The translations under genes were made by a program, and so were the position numbers. A stretch of DNA of 64,000 bases from Fidelibacterota bacterium (GTDB lineage Bacteria > Fidelibacterota > Marinisomatia > Marinisomatales > Marinisomataceae), in NCBI GenBank assembly GCA_016777965.1, contig JADHQL010000001.1:89189-153188 (forward strand), given 5' to 3'. Under the pieces are notes generated by a model. That model did not search any database. It was not told the origin of the DNA and saw only the letters and a list, made by a program, of their open reading frames with translations. How positions within the stretch are numbered: position 1 is the first letter of the stretch; every line of letters begins with the position of its first letter. Below, piece after piece: positions 32,959 through 40,092 of this stretch.

Positions 32959-33639
32959 TTATTCTGTTCCTATCTTTATTCCTGGGCCTAAAGTTGAAGA
33001 AATACTAATAGACTTCAAGTACTTACCTTTAAATGAATTTGGTTTAGCTGACATAACAGCATTCTGAAGAGTATTAAAATTTTCCTTTAATTGCTTTTCT
33101 GTAAATGATGTTTTACCAATCGAAGATTGCAAGATACCATTTTTTTCAACTCTAGCATCAAGTTTTCCTGCTTTAAGCTCTTTAATAGCTTTTGCAACAT
33201 CATTTGTTACTGTACCAGATTTAGGATTAGGCATTAAACCTTTGGGTCCAAGAATCTTCCCTAGCTTACCTAACTCAACCATAAGATCTGGTGTAACTAC
33301 AATTTTATCAACATCAGTCCAACCAGCTTTAATCTTATCAAGAAATTCATCTTTACCTGCGAAATCAGCGCCAGCATCTTTTGCTTCTGCTTCTTTATCT
33401 GCATTAACTATTGCCAATACTGAAACCTCTTTTCCAATTCCATGAGGTAGATTAATACTTAATCTTATATTTTCTTCAGCATGCCTAGGATCAACCCCTA
33501 AGTTGAAAGCAACGTCGACTGACTCATTAAATGATTTTCTTTTAAAACTCATCAATATATTAAAAGCTTCTTCCAAGCTGTATAGCTTTGAAGAATCTAA
33601 TGTTTCATTTACTGATTTTGAAAATTTAGTTACTTTCAT
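32959..33639 (-). CDS. rplA: 50S ribosomal protein L1
   Basis: 226-aa ORF with [19 protein letters not shown] and [16 protein letters not shown]. Confidence 0.96.
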   Translation of the reverse strand: MKVTKFSKSVNETLDSSKLYSLEEAFNILMSFKRKSFNESVDVAFNLGVDPRHAEENIRLSINLPHGIGKEVSVLAIVNADKEAEAKDAGADFAGKDEFLDKIKAGWTDVDKIVVTPDLMVELGKLGKILGPKGLMPNPKSGTVTNDVAKAIKELKAGKLDARVEKNGILQSSIGKTSFTEKQLKENFNTLQNAVMSAKPNSFKGKYLKSISISSTLGPGIKIGTE

Positions 33640-34064
33640 TTTTCGACCTCAATTCCCATGCTAACAGCAGTTCCTGCAATCATTTCTGCAGCTTGATCTA
33701 ATGTGTGTGCATTTAAATCTTTCATTTTAATTTCAGCGATTTTTCTACACTGATTCATGCTAATGGTTCCAACTATGTCTTTATTTGGCTCTTGCGAACC
33801 TTTTTTCATATTTAATTCTTTCATAATAAGAGTCGATGCAGGTGGAGATTTGGTTTCAAATGTGAAAGATCTATCTTTATAAACAGTAATAATTACTGGA
33901 GTTAACATTCCCTGTAATTCTTTAGTTGCATCATTAAATGCGTTACAAAAATCCATAATGTTTACACCATGCTGACCAAGCGCAGGACCAACAGGTGGGG
34001 ATGGATTAGCCTGTCCAGCTGCGATTTGCAATTTAATTAAACCAGTTTTTTCTTTTACAGCCAT
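33636..34064 (-). CDS. rplK: 50S ribosomal protein L11
   Basis: 142-aa ORF with [27 protein letters not shown]. Confidence 0.97.
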   Translation of the reverse strand: MAVKEKTGLIKLQIAAGQANPSPPVGPALGQHGVNIMDFCNAFNDATKELQGMLTPVIITVYKDRSFTFETKSPPASTLIMKELNMKKGSQEPNKDIVGTISMNQCRKIAEIKMKDLNAHTLDQAAEMIAGTAVSMGIEVEK

Positions 34065-34066
34065 TT

Positions 34067-34600
34067 TTAACTTTCACTTAAAATTTGGTTTACACTCAAC
34101 TCAATAGGAGTAGGTCTTCCAAAAATGTTAACATTAACTTTAATTCTATTTCTATCATTTATCTCTTGAACAAGGCCGTTGAATTCTTTAAATGGTCCAT
34201 CAATTACCTTCACAGAGTCTCCAACTTTAAATGGAATATCATCAATATCTTCAGCAGAAAGTTCATCTCCATCAGAAGAAACAAGATAACGAGACATTTC
34301 AAATTCAGTAACAGGTTGAGGACTTCCCTTAGGACCAACAAAACTCATAACGCCATCAACGCTTTCAATAAAAAATTTTGTTTCATTATTCATAATCATT
34401 TTAACCAAAATGTATCCAGGCAATAAGCTCTTTTCTTTAACAGTCTTCTTACCATTTTTGATATCAACTATATTTTCAGTTGGGATTAAAATTTCCTCAA
34501 CGTTAGCTTTTAAGTCTTTTTCAAAATCAAGTTCTCTGAAAATAGTATCTTTCACCTTATTTTCTTTGCCTGACATTACTCTCAAACTATACCAATTCAT
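34067..34600 (-). CDS. nusG: Transcription termination/antitermination factor NusG
   Basis: The ORF track extends to 34633. The ATG at 34600 ([16 protein letters not shown]...) forms an ATGA overlap with the secE stop. The C-terminal KOW motif is [19 protein letters not shown]. Confidence 0.94.
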   Translation of the reverse strand: MNWYSLRVMSGKENKVKDTIFRELDFEKDLKANVEEILIPTENIVDIKNGKKTVKEKSLLPGYILVKMIMNNETKFFIESVDGVMSFVGPKGSPQPVTEFEMSRYLVSSDGDELSAEDIDDIPFKVGDSVKVIDGPFKEFNGLVQEINDRNRIKVNVNIFGRPTPIELSVNQILSES

Positions 34601-34779
34601 ATCAACACTCTCATAAATCTTTGAATTGACCAATCAATCCCAAACAAAAAAAGAACAAATAAAAGAAAAAAGACAATAATTAAATAGGTGGATCCTCTCA
34701 ATTCATTGTAGGATGGCCATGAAACCTTGTTCATTTCCAAGTAAACCTGATTTAAAAAATCTTTTATTCTTTTAAACAT
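34597..34779 (-). CDS. secE: Preprotein translocase subunit SecE
   Basis: 60-aa single-TM ORF with EMNKVSWPSYNEL. It lies between tRNA-Trp and nusG. Confidence 0.9.
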   Translation of the reverse strand: MFKRIKDFLNQVYLEMNKVSWPSYNELRGSTYLIIVFFLLFVLFLFGIDWSIQRFMRVLI

Positions 34780-34795
34780 TTTCTATCCTTTATCG

Positions 34796-34868
34796 CAGGT
34801 GAGGCAGGAATTGAACCCGCAACCCCCGGTTTTGGAGACCGATGCTCTACCAATTGAGCTACTCACCT
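34796..34868 (-). tRNA. tRNA-Trp (anticodon CCA)
   Basis: The reverse complement AGGTGAGTAGCTCAATTGGTAGAGCATCGGTCTCCAAAACCGGGGGTTGCGGGTTCAATTCCTGCCTCACCTG is a 73-nt cloverleaf. The anticodon loop is CTCCAAA. Confidence 0.94.
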
Positions 34869-34873
34869 ATATG

Positions 34874-35038
34874 CTATTTAATTTCTTTAAAAAGAACATG
34901 CTTGCGAGCTACAGGGTCAAACTTTTTAAATTCAAGTTTGTCGGGATGTTTACTCTTATTTTTAGTAACAGTATAACGATACCCTGTCCCTGCAGTGCTC
35001 TCAAGTCTTACAATTGCTCTTTTGCTATTACCAGCCAT
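34874..35038 (-). CDS. rpmG: 50S ribosomal protein L33 (non-zinc form)
   Basis: Not in the ORF track. My translation is [54 protein letters not shown] (54 aa). The ATG overlaps the tuf stop (TAATG). Confidence 0.92.
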   Translation of the reverse strand: MAGNSKRAIVRLESTAGTGYRYTVTKNKSKHPDKLEFKKFDPVARKHVLFKEIK

Positions 35039-36231
35039 TATTCAACTACAGTAGTTACTACTCCAGCTCCAACAGTGTGTCCACCTTCTCTAATAGCAAA
35101 TCTTAGCTCTTGATCCATAGCAATCGGTGTAATTAGTTCAACGTTCATTTCAACATTATCTCCAGGCATAACCATTTCAGTACCTTCAGGTAAAGTAACC
35201 ACACCAGTTACATCAGTTGTTCTAAAGTAAAACTGCGGTCTATAGTTATTGAAAAATGGAGTATGTCTTCCACCTTCTTCTTTTTTCAAAACATAAACGT
35301 TTGCTTTGAATTTGGTATGTGGTGTAATTGAACCTTTAGCTGCTAAAACAACACCTCTTTTGAGGTCTTCTTTTTCAACACCTCTTAGCAAAAGACCGGC
35401 ATTATCACCAGCTTCACCTTCAGTAAGAGTTTTTTGGAACATTTCAACACCAGTAACTGTTGTTGTGCCGATTTTGTTATCAAGACCAACAACTTCTACT
35501 TCATCCCCAATTTTAATCTTACCTGATTCGATTCTACCAGTACCAACAGTACCTCTACCAGTAATACTGAAAACATCTTCAATAGGCATTAAGAATGGCT
35601 TATCAATTGCACGTTCTGGCTGAGGAATAAATGTATCACAAGCTTCCAAAAGCTCTCCAATACATTTAACAGCTTCAGCATCATCAGGATTTTCAAGAGC
35701 ATTTAAAGCGCTACCTTTAATAATAGGAGTATTATCTCCATCGAATTTGTACTCACTTAATAAATCTCTTAATTCCAATTCTACCAATTCTAACAATTCA
35801 GGATCGTCAACTTGGTCAACCTTATTCATGAAAACAACAATACTTGGTACGTTTACCTGACGAGCAAGTAGTACGTGTTCTCTAGTTTGAGGCATAGGAC
35901 CATCAGCTGCACTAACAACAAGAATAGCACCATCCATTTGAGCTGCTCCTGTAATCATGTTTTTAATATAGTCGGCGTGACCAGGACAATCAACGTGCGC
36001 ATAGTGGCGGTTAACTGTCTCATATTCAACATGTGAAGTTGAGATTGTAATACCTCTTTCTTTTTCCTCAGGTGCATTATCAATACTGTCAAAATCACGT
36101 TTAGCTGCCAAACCTAGATTAGACTGGGTTTGTGTAATAGCAGCTGTCAAAGTAGTCTTACCATGGTCAACGTGACCGATAGTACCGATATTACAATGAG
36201 GCTTATTTCTAACAAATGTTTCTTTAGCCAT
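35038..36231 (-). CDS. tuf: Elongation factor Tu
   Basis: 397-aa ORF with [17 protein letters not shown] and NKVD motifs. Confidence 0.98.
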   Translation of the reverse strand: MAKETFVRNKPHCNIGTIGHVDHGKTTLTAAITQTQSNLGLAAKRDFDSIDNAPEEKERGITISTSHVEYETVNRHYAHVDCPGHADYIKNMITGAAQMDGAILVVSAADGPMPQTREHVLLARQVNVPSIVVFMNKVDQVDDPELLELVELELRDLLSEYKFDGDNTPIIKGSALNALENPDDAEAVKCIGELLEACDTFIPQPERAIDKPFLMPIEDVFSITGRGTVGTGRIESGKIKIGDEVEVVGLDNKIGTTTVTGVEMFQKTLTEGEAGDNAGLLLRGVEKEDLKRGVVLAAKGSITPHTKFKANVYVLKKEEGGRHTPFFNNYRPQFYFRTTDVTGVVTLPEGTEMVMPGDNVEMNVELITPIAMDQELRFAIREGGHTVGAGVVTTVVE

Positions 36232-36273
36232 TTTGTTATCTCCTTGTTTTTAACAATTATTTTTATTTTTTTG

Positions 36274-36346
36274 AGCCTACGACCGGGATTGAACCGGTGA
36301 CCTCTTCGTTACCAACGAAGTGCTCTACCTACTGAGCTACGCAGGC
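36274..36346 (-). tRNA. thrT: tRNA-Thr (anticodon GGT)
   Basis: The reverse complement GCCTGCGTAGCTCAGTAGGTAGAGCACTTCGTTGGTAACGAAGAGGTCACCGGTTCAATCCCGGTCGTAGGCT is 73 nt. The anticodon loop is TTGGTAA. Confidence 0.94.
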
Positions 36347-36354
36347 AATTATTG

Positions 36355-36427
36355 AGCGAGTGACGCGATTCGAACGCGCGACCCTCAGCTTGGAAGGCTG
36401 ATGCTCTACCAACTGAGCTACACTCGC
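36355..36427 (-). tRNA. glyT: tRNA-Gly (anticodon TCC)
   Basis: The reverse complement GCGAGTGTAGCTCAGTTGGTAGAGCATCAGCCTTCCAAGCTGAGGGTCGCGCGTTCGAATCGCGTCACTCGCT is 73 nt. The anticodon loop is CTTCCAA. Confidence 0.94.
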
Positions 36428-36435
36428 AAATCCTG

Positions 36436-36518
36436 TGGGCAAAGAAGGATTCGAACCTCCGTAGACTTACGTCGGCAGATTTACAGTCTGCTGCCTTTAA
36501 CCACTCGGCCATTTGCCC
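36436..36518 (-). tRNA. tyrU: tRNA-Tyr (anticodon GTA), long variable arm
   Basis: The reverse complement GGGCAAATGGCCGAGTGGTTAAAGGCAGCAGACTGTAAATCTGCCGACGTAAGTCTACGGAGGTTCGAATCCTTCTTTGCCCA is 83 nt. The anticodon loop is CTGTAAA. Confidence 0.94.
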
Positions 36519-36592
36519 GAAATCCTAAACTCAATCCTGATAGTAAGATCAAAAAAATTTTCAAATACCTTGCTTTTTACCCTTAAAAACTG

Positions 36593-36665
36593 AGCCGGCG
36601 AGAGGATTTGAACCCCCGACCCGCTGATTACAAATCAGCTGCTCTACCAACTGAGCTACACCGGC
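36593..36665 (-). tRNA. thrU: tRNA-Thr (anticodon TGT)
   Basis: The reverse complement GCCGGTGTAGCTCAGTTGGTAGAGCAGCTGATTTGTAATCAGCGGGTCGGGGGTTCAAATCCTCTCGCCGGCT is 73 nt. The anticodon loop is TTTGTAA. The order Thr(UGU)-Tyr-Gly(UCC)-Thr(GGU)-tuf matches the E. coli thrU-tyrU-glyT-thrT-tufB operon. Confidence 0.94.
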
Positions 36666-36703
36666 AATGTATTTTTACACGCACGCGTAGGCAAAAGCGA
36701 CGA

Positions 36704-36731
36704 AATATAAGAAGATTTATCAGGAAAACAA
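36704..36731 (-). promoter_or_regulatory. Candidate sigma70-type promoter of the tRNA-tuf-secE-nusG-rplKAJL-rpoBC unit
   Basis: On the minus strand: TTGTTT (36731-36726), 16-nt spacer, TATATT (36709-36704). It would give a ~30-nt leader before tRNA-Thr(TGT). The -35 element abuts the cysS stop codon. Confidence 0.35.
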
Positions 36732-36732
36732 A

Positions 36733-38106
36733 TTATTTCTTTTTGGAGAGGTTTTGACCGCTGGAAGTATCCTCAACTTGCCAGCCTAAAGTCTCAATTT
36801 TTTCTCTAATTGAATCAGACAATTTCCAATCTAGATTTTCTCTTGCTTCTTGACGAGAAACAAGTAAATCTTGTAACTCACTTGGAATATTTTGATCATG
36901 TAAATTATTAAAATCTAAAATATCAAAAATTGAATTAAATAATTTTAAAAAAACTAAAGATTTTTCTTTATCTACATCACTTATTGAGTTTTCTGCAATT
37001 TTTTTATTTATTTCTGATATAAAACTAAAGAAAACTCCAATCGCTCCTGGAGTATTTAAATCATCATTAAGAGCATCAATAAATAATTTATGTTCACTTG
37101 AAAATTTTAGTTCAATATTTTTGCTGTCAATATTGAAGTTTTTTGCAAATCTTTTAATTTTTTCAACCATCTTTTTGCATTCATCTAATTTTTTTTGACT
37201 GAAAGATACTTTAGTTCTATAATGAGCAGAAAGCAGAAACAATCTAACTACATCCGAACCATTTTTTTGTATTAGAGTGCTTACATCAATAAAGTTACCT
37301 AATGACTTGCTCATCTTTTCATCGTTTATATTCAAATGTTCAGCATGAAGCCAATAATTAGAAAGATTATGTTTTTGAATAGCTTCAATTTGAGCACTCT
37401 CATTTTCATGATGAGGAAATTTTAGATCTATTCCTCCACAATGAATATCAAGACGACCATCAAAAAGGGTTTTGATCATTACAGCGCATTCAGTATGCCA
37501 TCCAGGCCTTCCCTTACCCCAATCGCTGTTCCAGAAAATATCACCATCTGAGTCCTTTTTTGCCTTCCATAATGTAAAATCATTACGATTCTTTTTTGAT
37601 AATTCATTATCTTCCGTTTTAAGGTCATCGCTAATGTTTACAAATTTTCCATATTTTGGATAAGCTTCTGTATCAAAAAAAATATTTCCGTTTATTTCAT
37701 AGGCTAAATCTTGATTTATTAAAGCTTTAATAAATTCGATCATTTCTTCTACATACTCTGTTGCTCTTGGATTATGATTGTTAGGTAAAATTTTTAAGGA
37801 CTTTGACAATTCCAGGAATGATAATTCATATTTTGAAGTTATTTCCTTTAATGAAGCATTCTCCTGATTAACTCTATCAATAATCTTGTCATCAATGTCA
37901 GTTATATTAACTGCAGTTTCCGTCTCAAAACCGTTTAACTGTAGAACTCTGTTTAATAAATCATAAAATACAAAGGTTCTAAAATTTCCTAAGTGAGGAT
38001 AGTTATAAACTGTTGGACCGCAACCATAAGTTTTAACTTTTTTATCAGAAATTGATTTGAAGACTTCTTTTTTACTAGAAAGTGAATTATATAATTTTAA
38101 GCTCAT
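36733..38106 (-). CDS. cysS: Cysteine--tRNA ligase
   Basis: 457-aa ORF with class I motifs HLGN (YPHLGNFRT) and KMSKS, plus the Zn-site context CGPTVYN. An ATGA overlap links it to the ddl stop. Confidence 0.96.
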   Translation of the reverse strand: MSLKLYNSLSSKKEVFKSISDKKVKTYGCGPTVYNYPHLGNFRTFVFYDLLNRVLQLNGFETETAVNITDIDDKIIDRVNQENASLKEITSKYELSFLELSKSLKILPNNHNPRATEYVEEMIEFIKALINQDLAYEINGNIFFDTEAYPKYGKFVNISDDLKTEDNELSKKNRNDFTLWKAKKDSDGDIFWNSDWGKGRPGWHTECAVMIKTLFDGRLDIHCGGIDLKFPHHENESAQIEAIQKHNLSNYWLHAEHLNINDEKMSKSLGNFIDVSTLIQKNGSDVVRLFLLSAHYRTKVSFSQKKLDECKKMVEKIKRFAKNFNIDSKNIELKFSSEHKLFIDALNDDLNTPGAIGVFFSFISEINKKIAENSISDVDKEKSLVFLKLFNSIFDILDFNNLHDQNIPSELQDLLVSRQEARENLDWKLSDSIREKIETLGWQVEDTSSGQNLSKKK

Positions 38107-39002
38107 TTTTGTAAAGACAATTTAATAATTTTATTAATTATATCTTTAAAAGAAAATCCATGTCTCTTAGCAGCCATAGGAAATAAGCTAGTTTCTGTCA
38201 TTCCAGGAAGAGTATTTATTTCTAAAAAATAGAAATTATCGTCATAAAATTTAAAGTCAACTCTTGAATAAACATCACATTTGAGCATCTTGTGAACACT
38301 TAATGCGCAATCTTGCACAAATTGATATTTTTCTAAAGTGAGATTAGCAGGACAAGTATATTTTGATTCGCCAACTGTATATTTTGATCTGTAATCATAT
38401 ATACCAGATTTTGGTTCAATTTCTATAACAGGAAGTGGTTCATTACCCAAAATTGGAACAGTAATTTCTCTTCCATCAATAAACTCTTCAATTAATACGG
38501 AATTGTCAAAATCTAAAGCTATTTCAATGGCATCATTTAAATTTTCAAAATTATCAATAACATTAAAACCAACAGAGCTTCCTTGTGAATTTGGTTTAAC
38601 AATATATTTTTCCGACTTGAAATCAAGATGATTATTGTATGTATTTGAAGAAGTTTGATAATATTTTGGAGATAAAACTCCCTGATTCATAACAATTTCT
38701 TTTGTCACAGATTTATCAAAGCAATTTCGAGAAGATTTTTCACCTGAACCGTTAAAAGGGATATTATTTTTTGATAAAATTGATTGAATGACTCCATCCT
38801 CACCAAAAGAACCATGCAAAGCAATGAAGACAAAATCATGTGCTTTTAAATCATTTAATATAAAACCAATTGAATCTGAATCCAGAACAAATATTGAAGT
38901 ATTATAACCTAATTGATTACAAGCTTCAACAACAGCTTCGCCAGTTCTTATAGAAACTGATCGTTCCTCTGAATTTCCTCCCGATATTACTGCAATATTA
39001 AT
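38103..39002 (-). CDS. ddl: D-alanine--D-alanine ligase (start reassigned; probable ATT initiation)
   Basis: The ORF track starts at TTG 38819 (MHGSFGEDG...). The same frame is open up to 39020 and encodes the conserved Ddl N-domain (KINIAVISGGNSEERSVSIRTGEAVVEAC...). The ATP-grasp part contains PNSQGSSVGF and EINTLPGMT. The only plausible start is ATT at 39002, 6 nt after AAGGA. Confidence 0.8.
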   Translation of the reverse strand: MNIAVISGGNSEERSVSIRTGEAVVEACNQLGYNTSIFVLDSDSIGFILNDLKAHDFVFIALHGSFGEDGVIQSILSKNNIPFNGSGEKSSRNCFDKSVTKEIVMNQGVLSPKYYQTSSNTYNNHLDFKSEKYIVKPNSQGSSVGFNVIDNFENLNDAIEIALDFDNSVLIEEFIDGREITVPILGNEPLPVIEIEPKSGIYDYRSKYTVGESKYTCPANLTLEKYQFVQDCALSVHKMLKCDVYSRVDFKFYDDNFYFLEINTLPGMTETSLFPMAAKRHGFSFKDIINKIIKLSLQK

Positions 39003-39550
39003 TTTATATCCTTTGCTGCTTCAAGTAAATTATTAGATACCAAATCAACATCACAACTAGATTGAACATCGTTCAAATAATCATTTCCCATTCCAGTTAA
39101 TAAAAATATTGTTTTCATTTTAAGCCTATCTCCAACTTGCATATCAACAATTGAATCACCAATCATCAAGCAATTTTCTAGATTGATATTAAATTCCTCT
39201 GATGCTTTTTGAAACATTCCTATTCCCGGTTTTCTCATTGAGAAATAGTCTTCATCGTAATTATCAGCAAAATAAATATTTTTCAAAGGAAGTTTTCTTT
39301 TTCTGAACTCATCATTAATGTAGGCATGAATACTTTCCAAGTTATCAATATCAATTTTACCCGTTGAAAGCCCTGATTGGTTTGTAACAATAAAAAATTT
39401 GTCACTGTATTGATACAATAGTTCTAATGCTTCAAAAGTAAAGTCAAAAAAAACATAATCTTTGACATCATTTATGTACCCATAAGGATCATGACTAATA
39501 GTTCCATCTCTATCTAAAAAAATTGCATCAAACTTCAATTTTATCTCCAA
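38987..39550 (-). CDS. gmhB: HAD-IIIA family phosphatase (D,D-heptose 1,7-bisphosphate phosphatase GmhB-like)
   Basis: 187-aa ORF with FLDRDGTI (motif I), VTNQSG (motif II) and MIGDSIVDMQ (motif IV). It starts at TTG (39550-39548). Confidence 0.7.
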   Translation of the reverse strand: MEIKLKFDAIFLDRDGTISHDPYGYINDVKDYVFFDFTFEALELLYQYSDKFFIVTNQSGLSTGKIDIDNLESIHAYINDEFRKRKLPLKNIYFADNYDEDYFSMRKPGIGMFQKASEEFNINLENCLMIGDSIVDMQVGDRLKMKTIFLLTGMGNDYLNDVQSSCDVDLVSNNLLEAAKDIKLILQ

Positions 39551-40092
39551 TCAATTGTTTTCCATGAATCATCTATATTTAAAAATTTTATAGGATTCTG
39601 GTATTTATTAATATCAACTATCTTACATTCAAATATAGAATTTTCTGATTGAAATAGACTGATTTCTTTGACCATTCTTTGTGAATTATTAAAACTAATT
39701 AATAAAATATTATTGTAAAAATTATAATAATAAATTGAGTTTTCATTTTCAATTTCAATTTTTATTAGAGAAGCATTTTCAAGATTTTTATATGAAAAAA
39801 AATCGAGTATATTTTTTTCTGAATTTTCGATAATTATATTTTTTTTGGATAAATCATAAGAAGTAATCACATTGTTTTCAAACAATGATACAGTACTATC
39901 TACTTCAATAGTTTCAAAATAAATTTTTGGATCATTTAATGATATGTTTGCATTAAAAACTGTTTGATTTTCGAAAATTTCAATGAGAATAGTTTTATTA
40001 TTTAAACTGTTGAAATAATCTTTAATCTGATTATCCTGACTTTGACTAAATAGCGAAGTAGTTAGTAAAAAGAATATTAAGCTAATCTTCAT
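39541..40092 (-). CDS. Secreted protein, possibly LolA-like lipoprotein carrier (assignment by synteny only)
   Basis: 183-aa ORF with the signal peptide MKISLIFFLLTTSLFSQS. It lies immediately downstream of ftsK and overlaps it, as lolA does in many Gram-negatives. I recognise no diagnostic motif. Confidence 0.35.
   Translation of the reverse strand: MKISLIFFLLTTSLFSQSQDNQIKDYFNSLNNKTILIEIFENQTVFNANISLNDPKIYFETIEVDSTVSLFENNVITSYDLSKKNIIIENSEKNILDFFSYKNLENASLIKIEIENENSIYYYNFYNNILLISFNNSQRMVKEISLFQSENSIFECKIVDINKYQNPIKFLNIDDSWKTIDWR

Noticed and set aside
34799-35113. 104-aa plus-strand ORF.
   Set aside because: It runs antisense through tRNA-Trp, the hand-found rpmG gene and the end of tuf. 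All three are far better supported.
36309-36586. Two ORFs (67 aa on the minus strand, 61 aa on the plus strand) across 36309-36586.
   Set aside because: They are read through the tRNA Gly/Tyr genes. The GC-rich tRNA sequence keeps the frames open by chance, and four clean cloverleaf tRNAs explain the region.
36666-36694. Alternative promoter TTGCCT (36694-36689), 17-nt spacer, TACATT (36671-36666) upstream of tRNA-Thr(TGT).
   Set aside because: The -10 hexamer abuts the mature tRNA 5' end (36665), so transcription would start inside the tRNA. The upstream TTGTTT-N16-TATATT candidate is more sensible.
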